Shown here: piece by piece, positions 1 to 9,931 of the stretch | How positions within the stretch are numbered: the first letter of the stretch is position 1 | How the letters are laid out: the number at the start of each line of letters is the position of its first letter | Assembly (NCBI GenBank): GCA_965203485.1 | Contig: OZ241892.1 | Span: forward strand, 288,001 to 352,000 | Source: Longimicrobiales bacterium | GTDB taxonomy: Bacteria; Gemmatimonadota; Gemmatimonadetes; Longimicrobiales; Gaopeijiaceae | Length of the DNA stretch: 64,000 nt | Direction: 5' to 3' | The notes under the pieces: model-generated | Database searches by the model: none | What the model was told of the DNA's origin: nothing | The model's input: the letters and a program-made list of their open reading frames with translations, nothing else | Translations under genes and position numbers: made by a program

Positions 1-1308
1 GTCGGCCGGGTCGCCCCCCAGGTTCTCGACGCCGGGCTGGTGCAGGCACAAGGAGTCCCGCAGCTCCTTCCCCGTGGCACCCAGCTTCGAGTGTATGTCG
101 CCGGTCGTGAGCCTGTGGACCGAGAGCGCGTGTATGATCCGCAGCGCCATCGCCATGTACTGGGGCCGCGTGTACGCCTGCCGGATCCGCGCCTCCAGCA
201 CTTCGCTGCACTGAACGACGGCGCGGATGTCTGGCACGGCGCGGAATGCGGGGTTGTCGCGCAACGTGTTCCAGTAGCTGTCGTAGGTGACGAGTCCCGG
301 GTGATCCGCGGGAAGCTCTTGTTCGAGCATCTTGTGCATCGCTCGGGAGAGCGTCTTGAGGATCTCCCGCTTCTCGGCCTGGGCCACTTGGTCGAAGGTG
401 TCGATATAGGCGGGGTGCACGGGGAATAGATGCACGTACTCGTCCATGCCCTCGTTCATGCGCTCGTAGAACTTGGCAAAGGGCGCCAAGTGCTCGCGTA
501 TCTTGGCCTTCTGGTCCGCCGTCTTCTTCAGCAGGCGCTCGGCCACCACGAACTTCACGTCGCTCTTGGCGATGAGCACTTGCTCGAAGCGGTCCTTGAC
601 CCGCCGAAGCGCCTGGGCCGCGAACGCCAGCGAGGGAGCGCCGAAGATCGTTTCCTGCACGCCGGCCATGAAGCGGAAGCGCAAGTCGCGGCACACTTCG
701 CCCACTTCGCGCATGAAGTTCAGGTCGTACACCAGCTCCTGGTCCTTCCGCGACCGCAAGTAGTCCAGGAGCTCGTCCACCACCAGCAAGAGGCCGTGGT
801 CGGGGAAGACGCCGTGGAACGCCGTCATCATCTCCTCGAAGCAGTGCTTGTTGCTGCGCACTTCGTCGGCGGGCGGGAAGGCGTAGCGGACGCCCATGGC
901 GGCCGTTTCTTCCTCCAGCTCGTTCGCCACGATGTCCCGCAAGGGCATCTGCGACGCCCCGATCTCCACCCGGATCACCTTGAAGCGGCCCGCCACGGCC
1001 CTGGCTGCCTCGGCCAGCTTCGGATGCGTGAGGCGCTCGGCCAACTCCGCGTGCTCGGCGACCCCGGCCAGCACCGCCATCAGGTGCGACTTGCCCGTGC
1101 CGTAGTTGCCCACTACCAGAAGGCCCCGGTTGTCGGCCGCAGCGTCGTACTGAAGCTGGGGAATCACGACCGCCGACAGCTTCTCCGCCATCTCGTCGGA
1201 CACTACGTAGGACTCCACCAGCTTCCGAGCCTCGTCCGCCTTCGCCGCGTTGCGAAGCTGCACGACGGACTCGATGGGATCGAAGCGGATCAGGTCGCGG
1301 TACTTCAT
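1..1308 (-). CDS. brxC: BREX type 3 ATPase (DUF6079 / BrxC-like), runs off left edge
   Basis: Manual translation [18 protein letters not shown]...[15 protein letters not shown] (Walker A)...[12 protein letters not shown] (Walker B). ATG overlaps the brxF stop (ATGA). Absent from the ORF track because it has no stop in the window. Confidence 0.85.
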   Translation of the reverse strand, partial: MKYRDLIRFDPIESVVQLRNAAKADEARKLVESYVVSDEMAEKLSAVVIPQLQYDAAADNRGLLVVGNYGTGKSHLMAVLAGVAEHAELAERLTHPKLAEAARAVAGRFKVIRVEIGASQMPLRDIVANELEEETAAMGVRYAFPPADEVRSNKHCFEEMMTAFHGVFPDHGLLLVVDELLDYLRSRKDQELVYDLNFMREVGEVCRDLRFRFMAGVQETIFGAPSLAFAAQALRRVKDRFEQVLIAKSDVKFVVAERLLKKTADQKAKIREHLAPFAKFYERMNEGMDEYVHLFPVHPAYIDTFDQVAQAEKREILKTLSRAMHKMLEQELPADHPGLVTYDSYWNTLRDNPAFRAVPDIRAVVQCSEVLEARIRQAYTRPQYMAMALRIIHALSVHRLTTGDIHSKLGATGKELRDSLCLHQPGVENLGGDPAD

Positions 1309-1907
1309 CGGCGGGGCTCCATGGCGTCGCGTCCTTGGGCGTCCACTACGATCGCATCGTCGGCCAAGTCCGCCATCGGGTAGCTTCGGTGCTCCGGGTG
1401 ACCGGGAGCCGCGTACGTCAGCCGCCCCTCGGCCACCGCCCCGGGCCACGCCGCGACGACCACCTGGTGGCGCGCCAGCCCTTGGAGCAGCTTGAGTGGG
1501 TTCTGCCGGAACGCCGGGTCGAAGGCGATCTCGATGTTGTCCAGCAGGACCATGCGGCCGGGCGACGGTTCGGCGGCCGGCTCCTGGCGCTGGGCGTGGG
1601 CGGCTTCCAGTATCATGCGGTCGGATGCCGACGCCGACGCCGCTTCAACGCGCTTCGCGTGGGCTTCGTCCACGATCTCGCCCAGCAGCCCGGCCAAGCG
1701 GAGCGCGCGCTGTCGTTCCGTGAGCTCCAGCATTCGGCTGGACAGCTCCAGGCCGACGTTCACGAGGGGCGCGCCGGTGCGGTCGCGGAGCGTCCGCAGG
1801 GCCGTCGTCTTGCCCGAGCCGGGCGGACCCGCGACGAGCACGAGTCGATGGCGGAGCGACGCGGCTTTCTGGGCGCAACGCTCGATCCGGTCGGCAAGGG
1901 ATTCCAT
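1305..1907 (-). CDS. brxF: BREX-3 P-loop protein BrxF
   Basis: [52 protein letters not shown]; lies directly upstream of DUF6079. Confidence 0.85.
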   Translation of the reverse strand: MESLADRIERCAQKAASLRHRLVLVAGPPGSGKTTALRTLRDRTGAPLVNVGLELSSRMLELTERQRALRLAGLLGEIVDEAHAKRVEAASASASDRMILEAAHAQRQEPAAEPSPGRMVLLDNIEIAFDPAFRQNPLKLLQGLARHQVVVAAWPGAVAEGRLTYAAPGHPEHRSYPMADLADDAIVVDAQGRDAMEPRR

Positions 1908-1914
1908 TCCGTAC

Positions 1915-1923
1915 AGTATATCA
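1915..1923 (-). promoter_or_regulatory. Extended -10 (TGaTATACT), probable leaderless promoter of the BREX operon
   Basis: TG-A-TATACT then 7 nt then ATG at 1907; no room for a Shine-Dalgarno. Confidence 0.6.
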
Positions 1924-2024
1924 CGCCCGGGGGACGGAGACGCCGGCGGCGCGGAGCCTGCCGGCGCTTCCGCCGCCGAGCTTGCCGCCGCCGATGCCGC
2001 GTCTGCCGGTTGCCGGGCCCGCCC

Positions 2025-3239
2025 CTACGAACCCCGTCGCAGCCGATGAACGCGCGGATGCTCGACTCCGAGCGTGTCCGTCCAGACGCCGGCCAGCGCC
2101 TCCCTCCCCACGCTCATGATCCGAAAGTTCTTCATCACGTCTACGCTTCCAAGCCATGTCCCGGCGGAGTCCACCACCTGCCAAGCCTCCGGTCTTCCCT
2201 GCTCGCTCTGGCCCAGGAACGGACGCAACCAAATCGCGCCCTCCGCATCCACCAGAATCTGCGAATATGCGGGACGGCTTTCCGGGTCCGGCAATCGATC
2301 CTCTATCTGGCGAACGATGGGGTGTGGATCGACGCCCAAACGTGCGGCGCGCTCGGCAGCGATTATGTCGGCCGTCAGATCCAAGGGATAGTCGACCAAA
2401 CGGAACACTTGCAACAGTTGGCCCGATGGAGACAACATTTCGATCTGCATCGAATTCGCGTTGCCGCGAAAAATCGTGTTGCCGCGGGTAGCTATGCGCG
2501 CAAACTTGCCGAACAGGGGCGCGGCTGACGCGAGATTGCCCTCCACGGCGAGCATGTATGCCTGGTGGCCGGCGGTTTGGCCGATGCTGTCGAGCCGCTC
2601 GCCAGCGATGTTGTAGCGCCAGAGCGCGTTGGGTTGCCGAATCATTCCCCCAGAGCCTTGATAACTGCTCATCGACGGATAGCCCACCGCCACGACGACC
2701 TCGGAGGCTCCCAGCGCGTGAATGGAGGTCACGTATTCCGCAAAGCGGACGACTCGCACCAAGGTTCCGTCGGCGTCGAGGACCGTCATGCGACGGTTGT
2801 AGTCAAACACGAGCAGAGTGTCCGACGTGGTCAGCGAAACGCTCCGAATGACCATGAACTCGCCAGGTCCTTCGCCTTCTCGGCCCGTGGCCGTGCGAAA
2901 CTCGCCCTCTGGAGAATAAAAGCGGATCTCGTGCGATCCGCCGTTCGCAATTGCGTAGGAGCCGTCCGCGAAACGAACCATTCCGCTCACCCGGTAGAAC
3001 AGGTGTTCGTCGCCCGTGCCAGACGCGAAATCGACAAGAGGAGCAGGATCGATGCGCCACCTGCTGGAATCTTCCCATGCAGGGCGATTCGCCTCCACGA
3101 TGCGAACGCCGACGCTGTCCCGCCGCTCGACCGCGGGCGCGGCGTCTTCCATGCGGCTGGAGCAGGACGAAAGGACCAAGCCGAACGGCAACGCCCAGAA
3201 AATCCGTAGAGCAGAGCACCGGGTCTGCTTCGTTGTCAT
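2025..3239 (-). CDS. 6-bladed beta-propeller lipoprotein
   Basis: Lipobox LSSC; RDSVGVRIVE, GREGEGPGEF, C-terminal GVWTDTLGVE; RBS gaggaatcc before ATG (alternative ATG at 3257). Confidence 0.7.
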   Translation of the reverse strand: MTTKQTRCSALRIFWALPFGLVLSSCSSRMEDAAPAVERRDSVGVRIVEANRPAWEDSSRWRIDPAPLVDFASGTGDEHLFYRVSGMVRFADGSYAIANGGSHEIRFYSPEGEFRTATGREGEGPGEFMVIRSVSLTTSDTLLVFDYNRRMTVLDADGTLVRVVRFAEYVTSIHALGASEVVVAVGYPSMSSYQGSGGMIRQPNALWRYNIAGERLDSIGQTAGHQAYMLAVEGNLASAAPLFGKFARIATRGNTIFRGNANSMQIEMLSPSGQLLQVFRLVDYPLDLTADIIAAERAARLGVDPHPIVRQIEDRLPDPESRPAYSQILVDAEGAIWLRPFLGQSEQGRPEAWQVVDSAGTWLGSVDVMKNFRIMSVGREALAGVWTDTLGVEHPRVHRLRRGS

Positions 3240-3266
3240 GGATTCCTCCGTTGTCATGGATTCCTC
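3231..3266. repeat. Perfect 18-bp tandem duplication (cgttgtcatggattcctc x2) copying RBS and start codon
   Basis: Direct reading. Confidence 0.9.
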
Positions 3267-3328
3267 GCGGACATGCCCGCGAAACCGGGGCATCCAAGCG
3301 TGTCCACGAATGAGGCAACCCCGCTGTC

Positions 3329-3378
3329 GAAGCTGCGTCAGCAAGAAGCTGCGTCAACAAAGGGGGGGGGGGGGGGGG
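3329..3378. repeat. 16-bp tandem repeat (gaagctgcgtca[g/a]caa x2) followed by G17 homopolymer (3362-3378)
   Basis: Direct reading; lies between divergent genes. Confidence 0.9.
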
Positions 3379-3738
3379 CGCAAGATGATGGGCGCAAGGT
3401 CGCGCCCATGGTCAGGCTGGTCCAGCGTCGGCCGGGGATCATCGACCACTGTCGGGCGCGAGCGGGGTGGGCCGTCGTCCGTCGCCAGGGTGGCCGCTTG
3501 GTAGTCCGTCCGTCCGTCGGACGGTTCCCGTGGCGGCCATGCGCGGACGGCTGCAGTACATGCTGGCGCGACCCGGTTGCGCCGACTTGCGGCTGTAGCC
3601 GTTGGGGCCTTGGAGCACTGCGGGGCCGGTGCGTGCATGGGTCGTGTACAGCGGCGCAGCAAGGAGAACGGCTTCTTGCGATTCGGCGGTCGCGATGCGA
3701 ACTTGCCATGACGCCTGCAACCCGAAGGGAAATCGCTC

Positions 3739-4000
3739 GTGTTCGCTCGCCCAGCGCCGATCCTCGTTTCCTGGTCGTCCGGCAAGGACTCGGCATGGGC
3801 GCTCCATGTGTTGCGCCGGCAACGGGAACGATGGAGCGTGCGGGGCGTCTTCACCTTCCTGCACGCCAGCGAGCAACGCGCTTGGCCTTCGGCGACCTCT
3901 TCCTGGAAGACGTCCGCGACTACCGTTGCAATCTGCTGGCCGACACGGGCTTCGCGGCGGTCTTTCCCCTCTGGGGTCTCCAGACCCGCGAGCTTGCGGA
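3739..4000 (+). pseudogene. Remnant of Dph6/PP-loop ATP pyrophosphatase (diphthamide synthase-like) gene
   Basis: ILVSWSSGKDSAWALHVL in one frame, then AFGDLFLEDVRDYR..L..TGF..VFPLWG in another; the intervening segment is missing. Confidence 0.7.
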
Positions 4001-5457
4001 GACGCCGCATCGCCGCTTTGGGGGCGCTCGCCTTTGCGGGCGCCTTCTTGTGCGCACCTGTCCCGTCCGCCGCATCGCCCGTCGGCGGCGCCGCCACGCC
4101 GAGCGTCGCGCAGGGACCGCCGCCGTCTGCTCGTTGCGTCGTGCCCCCGGGCCAACGGGGGGCCCCGTTCGACGAAGCCGGCCGAGCCGAGACGTACGCC
4201 ACCCACGGCGACGAACGCTTGGCGGCCCTGATCGAAGAGGGACTGGCGAACAACCCGCAGGTGCAAGCGGCGCGGTCGGCGTGGCACGCGTCGCGCCATC
4301 GCGTTCGGCAAGCGACCGCCCGACCCGATCCGGCATTCATGCTCACGCAACACGTCCGGCCGCCGGAGACGCGAGTGGGTCCCCAGATCGCCGTGCTGTC
4401 GGTGAGCCAGCGCTTGCCGGGCTTCGGCAAGTTGCGTCTGCGGGGGCAGGTGGCGACGGCGTCGTCGGTCGAGCAGGCGGAACTTCTTCAAGGCCGCCGC
4501 GCCGAGGTCGTCCGTTCGATCAAGCGGGCGTGGCACGACATGGCGTTCGTCGACCGGGCGCTGGCGATCAACCAGGAAAGCCAAGAGCTGCTCGAACGCT
4601 ACGAGGCTCTGACCCGCGCCCGATACGCGCAAGGATTCGGGCTGCAGGCCGACGTGGTGCGGATGCAGGCCGAGTACACCCGCGCCCTGGGCCGCCGGGA
4701 CGACCTGGAGCGCCGGCGCATCGACGCCGAAGCGACGCTCAATGCGTTGCTGGCTCGCCCCGTCGACGCAGCCCACGCGACCGTCGAGTCCGCAACCCTG
4801 CCCCCGGCGCCCGCCGACGCCGAAGTCCTTGCCGAGACCGGACGGCGCGCCCGTCCCGAAATCCGAGCGGCGGCACGACGCGTCGAGAGCCGGGAACACG
4901 CCGTGGCGCTGGCCCGACGGTCGCGCTGGCCCGACTTCAGCGTGGGCGTCGCGTGGGGAGCGCTGCTGGGCCGGGGCGACCCTGCCGGACGAGCCATGCC
5001 GCCGCCCGACAACGGCCGGGACGTCCTCAGTCTCACCGCGGGCTTCAATCTGCCGATCTTCGGACAGCGCCACGACGCAGGCGTCCGCGAAGCCGCCGAA
5101 TCGGTGGTGCAAGCGTGCGCCCTGTACGAGGGTGCGGTGCACGACATGGAGCGGGCGTTGCGTTCCATCCTGTCCAGCATACGCTCCACGCAACGCCAGC
5201 TCGCTCTCTTCGAGGACGCATTGCTGCCGCAGACCGAGCAGGCGATGTACTCCACGGAGGCCGCCTACGCCACGGGCACGGTCGGCGTTCTCGACCTTCT
5301 CGACGGAGAGCGCCGGCTTCTGGACGTCCGGCTGGGGCTCGCCGGCCTCCGCACCGACTACATGAAGGCGCTGGCCGACCTGGAGCGCGCCGTCGGATCG
5401 CCCGTCGAGTTTGCTGCCGCCCAAGGGGATCCGCCGCCAGGAGGCGACACGCCATGA
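3994..5457 (+). CDS. cusC: TolC-family outer membrane factor of heavy-metal RND system
   Basis: Signal-like LRRRRIAALGALAFAGA; L..LIEEGLANNP, AYATG..GVLDLLDGER; coupled to cusB; start uncertain. Confidence 0.8.
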   Translation: MRRRRIAALGALAFAGAFLCAPVPSAASPVGGAATPSVAQGPPPSARCVVPPGQRGAPFDEAGRAETYATHGDERLAALIEEGLANNPQVQAARSAWHASRHRVRQATARPDPAFMLTQHVRPPETRVGPQIAVLSVSQRLPGFGKLRLRGQVATASSVEQAELLQGRRAEVVRSIKRAWHDMAFVDRALAINQESQELLERYEALTRARYAQGFGLQADVVRMQAEYTRALGRRDDLERRRIDAEATLNALLARPVDAAHATVESATLPPAPADAEVLAETGRRARPEIRAAARRVESREHAVALARRSRWPDFSVGVAWGALLGRGDPAGRAMPPPDNGRDVLSLTAGFNLPIFGQRHDAGVREAAESVVQACALYEGAVHDMERALRSILSSIRSTQRQLALFEDALLPQTEQAMYSTEAAYATGTVGVLDLLDGERRLLDVRLGLAGLRTDYMKALADLERAVGSPVEFAAAQGDPPPGGDTP

Positions 5458-6800
5458 AGAACACGCGCCCGCGTTGGATCGCTGGGCTTCTGATCGTCGC
5501 GGTCCTCGTTGCCGCCGCGACCGTCTGGGACCCCATGGGCTGGACGGCCGACCCCGCCGACGAGGCGGAAGGCCACCTGCACACGTGCCCCATGCATCCC
5601 CATGTCCTGCAGCACGGTCCCGGCGTCTGCCCCATTTGCGGGATGGACTTGGTGCCGGTCGAGCAGGATCCGCCCGCCCACGAAGCGGGCATGGACTCCG
5701 GCGAAGACGCGGGGGCGGCCCACCACGGAGCCGGCCCGCCGGGCGAATCGGCGAGCGCCCCGGCGTCCGTGCGCGTCGACCCGGCGTTCCTCCAGAACTT
5801 CGGAGTGCGCACGGCGCGCGTCGAGGAAGGCTCGCTGGACCTCGAAATCCGCACGGTGGGCTACCTCGCCCACGACGACGAGGCCGTCTTCTCGGTCAAC
5901 ACCAAGTTCGGCGGCTGGATCGAAGAGGCCCACGTGGCCACGGTCGGCGAACGGGTGTCGAAGGGCGACGTGCTCTTCGAGATATACAGCCCCGAGCTCG
6001 TCGCGTCCCAGTGGGAGTACATCTCCGCGATCGAGTACGCGGAGCGGCTTCGGGAGGGAGGCGCCCACGAGGACGCCGTGCGCCAAGCCGAGTCGCTCAC
6101 GTCCGCGGCGCGGGAGCGACTGCGTTCCTGGGACATGACGCCTCGCCAGATCGCGGCGTTGGAGACGACGCGGGAGCCGACCCGAACCGTCGAGTTCGTG
6201 TCGCCGGTCTCGGGCTTCCTGGTCGCCAAGACGGGCGACTCGCTGGAAGGGTTGCGGCTTTCGCCGGGCATGACCGTGCTCAAGTTCGCGGACCACCGAA
6301 CCCTCTGGGTCGAAGTCGAGTTTCACGAGCACGACGTTCGCCATCTTCGGGAAGGCCAGAGCGTGCTCGTCACCATCGACGCCTTCCCGGAGCGGCGCTG
6401 GGACGGGACGATCCTCTTCTTCCGGCCTGCCCTGAACCCGGCCACTCGCACGCTGACGGCGTTCGTCAAGGTGGACAACCCGGACTTGCAGCTTCGCCCC
6501 AAGATGTTCGCCACCGTGGTCGCGCGGGCCCCGGGCGCCGCCGGCGCCGTGCTGGTTCCGTCCGACGCCGTGTTGCGCACGGGCGGACGCTCCGTGGTGA
6601 TCGTGGCCGAGGGCGGCGGGCGCTTCGCTCCCCGTGCGGTTCGCCTGGGCCTGTCGGCCGGAGGACGGCAGCAGGTTCTGGAGGGCTTGGCCGCAGGCGA
6701 AACGATCGTCACCACGTCCCAGTTCCTCTTCGATTCGGAAAGCAACCTGCGGGCCGCGATCGCCCGACTCGCCGCCGAAGCTCGCAACGGCGAATCGTGA
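5454..6800 (+). CDS. cusB: CusB-like periplasmic adaptor with heavy-metal-binding domain
   Basis: HTCPMHP..GPGVCPICGMDLVP, GWIEE, YSPELV, LRPKMFA, SQFLFDSES. Confidence 0.9.
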   Translation: MKNTRPRWIAGLLIVAVLVAAATVWDPMGWTADPADEAEGHLHTCPMHPHVLQHGPGVCPICGMDLVPVEQDPPAHEAGMDSGEDAGAAHHGAGPPGESASAPASVRVDPAFLQNFGVRTARVEEGSLDLEIRTVGYLAHDDEAVFSVNTKFGGWIEEAHVATVGERVSKGDVLFEIYSPELVASQWEYISAIEYAERLREGGAHEDAVRQAESLTSAARERLRSWDMTPRQIAALETTREPTRTVEFVSPVSGFLVAKTGDSLEGLRLSPGMTVLKFADHRTLWVEVEFHEHDVRHLREGQSVLVTIDAFPERRWDGTILFFRPALNPATRTLTAFVKVDNPDLQLRPKMFATVVARAPGAAGAVLVPSDAVLRTGGRSVVIVAEGGGRFAPRAVRLGLSAGGRQQVLEGLAAGETIVTTSQFLFDSESNLRAAIARLAAEARNGES

Positions 6801-6804
6801 AGTC

Positions 6805-9800
6805 TTGAGCCGGCTCGTCGACTGGTCGCTCGCCAACAGGTCCGTCGTCCTGCTGGGAGCGCTGGCGCTGGCCGTCTCCGGCGGCGTCTCGCTCTCGCGG
6901 CACTCGATGGACGCCATCCCCGACATGTCGGACGTGCAGGTCGTGGTCCTCACCGAGTACCCGGGCCAAGCGCCGCGGATCGTCGAGGACCAAGTCACCT
7001 ATCCCCTGACCACGCAGCTGCTCTCCGTCCCGGGAGCCCGCGACGTGCGTGGCTACTCCTTCTTCGGGCGCTCGCTGGTTTACATAGTCTTCGAAGACGG
7101 CGTAGACCTGTACTGGGCGCGAAGCCGGGTCCTGGAGTTGCTCAGCACGGCGGCGGCCGGCCTGCCGCCCGGGCTCTCGCCCGCCTTGGGTCCCGACGCG
7201 ACCGGCGTGGGGTGGGCCTTCATGTACGGGCTCAAGTCGGACCGCCACGACTTGGGCGAACTCCGCTCCCTCCAGGACTGGTTCCTCAAGTACGAGCTGG
7301 GCTCCGTGCCTGGAGTCGCGGAGGTGGCCAGCGTGGGCGGCTTCGTGCGCCAGTACCAGATCACCATGGACCCGAACCGGTTGCGAGCCTACGACGTGAC
7401 GCCGCAGCGGATAGCAGACGCCGTGCGCCGGAGCAACGCCGACGCGGGCGGACGCCTGCTGGAGATCGCCGGCAAGGAATTCATGATTCGGGGCCGCGGC
7501 TACCTGCGCGGGCCGGAGGAGATCGGCAAGATCGTGCTGGGCGTGAACCCGAACGGCACGCCCTTGCTGCTGGAGAACGTGGCCCGCGTCGGCGTCGGCC
7601 CCGACATCCGGCGGGGCGTGGCCGAGTGGGACGGAGAGGGGGAGATCGTCGGCGGCATCGTGGTGGTGCGCTTCGGCGCCGACACCCGTCAAGTCGTGCA
7701 GGCGGTCAAGGCGCGCCTCCGGGAACTCGAGCCGCAGCTGCCCGAAGGCGTGGAAGTCGTGGTGGGGTACGACCGCACCCATCTGATCGACGACGCCGTG
7801 GGGAATCTGCGCAACGCGTTGCTCCAGCAGTTCCTGATCATCGGCGTGGTGTGCTTGGCGTTCCTTCTTCACGCGGGCAGCGGGCTGGTGGCGGTGGCGT
7901 CCCTGCCCGCCGGCTTCTTCGTCGCCTGCATCTTCACCAACTGGATCGGCGTGCAGCTCAACATCATGTCGCTCGGCGGCGTGGCCGTCGCCATCGGCAC
8001 CATGGTGGACGCCGCCATCGTCATGGTGGAGAACGCTCACCGGCATTTGGCCCGCAAGCGCGACGGACAGACCCACTGGGAGGTCGTCGGCGCGGCCTGC
8101 CGAGAAGTGGGGCCTGCGCTCTTTGCGTCGTTGCTGGTGATCACGGTGTCGTTTCTGCCCGTCTTCATGCTGGACGAACAGCAGGGCCGCCTCTTTCGGC
8201 CGCTGGCGATCACGAAGACCACGTCGATGGCGGCCGCGGCGCTGTTGTCCGTCACGCTGGTTCCCGTGCTGGTGGGATGCTTCGTGCGGGGCCGGATTCG
8301 GTCCGAGCGCCGAAATCCCGCCCGCAGACTGCTGGCTCGCCTGTACCTTCCGGTGCTCCGGCGCGCGTTGCGCAGTCCTCTGCTGGCGCTCGGCGTCATG
8401 GCGGCGCTGCTGTCCGCGGCGGCGGCGGCGTACGACCGCCTCGGCTCCGAATTCATGCCGCCTCTCTGGGAAGGCGACCTGCTGTACATGCCCACGACGT
8501 TGCCCGGCATCTCCGTCACCGAGGCCCGGGACCTGTTGCAGCGCACCGACCGGATCATCAAGACCTTTCCCGAAGTGGACCACGTCTTCGGCAAGGTGGG
8601 ACGAGCGGAGACCGCCACGGACCCTGCGCCGCTCTCAATGATCGAGACCACGATCCAGCTCAAGCCGAGGGATCGATGGCGGGAAGGCATGACGCGGGAG
8701 CGCCTGGTGGCCGAACTGGAGCGCGCCGTGCAGGTTCCCGGCCTCACCAACGCCTGGACGATGCCCATCAAGACCCGCATCGACATGCTGTCCACGGGCA
8801 TCAAGACGCCGGTGGGCGTGAAGCTGGCGGGGCCGGACTTGGCGGTGCTCGAGCGACTGGGCCAAGAGGTCGAGCGGGCGGTGCGCGACCTGCCCGGCAC
8901 GTCCAGCGTCTACGCCGAGCGCGTCATGGGCGGCAACTACCTGGACATCGCGATCGACCGGGACGCCATCGCGCGCTACGGCCTGACGGTGGAGGACGTG
9001 CAGTGGACGATCGGCACGGCGATCGGCGGCATGCAGGTCACCACGACGGTGGAGGGTCTGCAGCGCTACCCCGTGAACCTGCGCTACGAAAGGGACTTCC
9101 GGGACGACCTGCAGGCGTTGCAGGGCGTGCTCGTGCCGACGCCGACCGGCGTGCAGGTTCCCTTGGCTCAGCTGGCGGCGATGGACTTCGTCGTCGGCCC
9201 GCCCGTCATCAAGAGCGAGAATGCGCGCCCCAACGCCTGGGTGTACATCGACATCGACACGTCGGACCTGGGAGGCTACGTGGAAGCGGCGCGCGAGGCC
9301 GTGGAGGCCGGCGTCGTCGTGCCGCCCGGCTATTCCATCGCCTGGAGCGGCCAGTACGAGTCGATGCAACGGGCCGAGCGGCGCCTGCGCTTCGTCGTCC
9401 CGCTGACGGTGATGGTGATCTTCGTCGTGATCAGCTTCAGCACCAAGTCCTTCGCCAAGGCGGGCGCGATCCTGCTGGGCGTCCCCTTCGCCCTGAGCGG
9501 CTCGTTCCTGCTGCTCCACTTGCTGGACTACAACTTGAGCGTCGCGGTGTGGGTGGGGCTGATCGCCGTGGCCGGGCTGTACGCCGAGACTGCCATCGTG
9601 TTCATGCTCTACCTGGACATCGCCTATTCCGAAGCGGTGGCCGAAGGCGGCATGAACGACCGAAGGGACTTGATGCAGGCCATCTGCAACGGCGCCGTCA
9701 ACCGCGTGCGCCCCATCGTCATGACCGTGGCCACCGACGTGATCGGGCTTGCCCCCATCATGCTCAGCGCCGGCACCGGCGCCGACATGATGAAGCGCAT

Positions 9801-9927
9801 CGCAACGCCCCTTTTCGGCGGCGTGGCCACCTCCGCGCTGGTGGTTCTGGTCGTTTTCCCCACATTGTTCTTCCTGTACAGAGGCCGCAATCTTCCCGGC
9901 GGCCCCGCAGACCTGCGGCGAAGTTGA
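6805..9927 (+). CDS. cusA: CusA/SilA heavy-metal RND permease
   Basis: DAIPDMSDVQV, EDQVTYPL, LGPDATGVGW, MVDAAIVMVEN; Met sites LYMPTT, PLSMIET, RIDMLSTG; TTG start inferred. Confidence 0.95.
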   Translation: MSRLVDWSLANRSVVLLGALALAVSGGVSLSRHSMDAIPDMSDVQVVVLTEYPGQAPRIVEDQVTYPLTTQLLSVPGARDVRGYSFFGRSLVYIVFEDGVDLYWARSRVLELLSTAAAGLPPGLSPALGPDATGVGWAFMYGLKSDRHDLGELRSLQDWFLKYELGSVPGVAEVASVGGFVRQYQITMDPNRLRAYDVTPQRIADAVRRSNADAGGRLLEIAGKEFMIRGRGYLRGPEEIGKIVLGVNPNGTPLLLENVARVGVGPDIRRGVAEWDGEGEIVGGIVVVRFGADTRQVVQAVKARLRELEPQLPEGVEVVVGYDRTHLIDDAVGNLRNALLQQFLIIGVVCLAFLLHAGSGLVAVASLPAGFFVACIFTNWIGVQLNIMSLGGVAVAIGTMVDAAIVMVENAHRHLARKRDGQTHWEVVGAACREVGPALFASLLVITVSFLPVFMLDEQQGRLFRPLAITKTTSMAAAALLSVTLVPVLVGCFVRGRIRSERRNPARRLLARLYLPVLRRALRSPLLALGVMAALLSAAAAAYDRLGSEFMPPLWEGDLLYMPTTLPGISVTEARDLLQRTDRIIKTFPEVDHVFGKVGRAETATDPAPLSMIETTIQLKPRDRWREGMTRERLVAELERAVQVPGLTNAWTMPIKTRIDMLSTGIKTPVGVKLAGPDLAVLERLGQEVERAVRDLPGTSSVYAERVMGGNYLDIAIDRDAIARYGLTVEDVQWTIGTAIGGMQVTTTVEGLQRYPVNLRYERDFRDDLQALQGVLVPTPTGVQVPLAQLAAMDFVVGPPVIKSENARPNAWVYIDIDTSDLGGYVEAAREAVEAGVVVPPGYSIAWSGQYESMQRAERRLRFVVPLTVMVIFVVISFSTKSFAKAGAILLGVPFALSGSFLLLHLLDYNLSVAVWVGLIAVAGLYAETAIVFMLYLDIAYSEAVAEGGMNDRRDLMQAICNGAVNRVRPIVMTVATDVIGLAPIMLSAGTGADMMKRIATPLFGGVATSALVVLVVFPTLFFLYRGRNLPGGPADLRRS

Positions 9928-9931
9928 CGCG

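Noticed and set aside
40..1383. Plus-strand ORFs 40-429 and 430-1383
   Set aside because: Antisense shadows of the DUF6079 gene
3563..3581. Sigma54-like TGGC..TTGC upstream of cus
   Set aside because: GG-GC spacing is 12 nt rather than 10
3273..6800. 1175-aa ORF as one protein
   Set aside because: Only the part from ATG 5454 is CusB; upstream is off-frame TolC and pseudogene sequence
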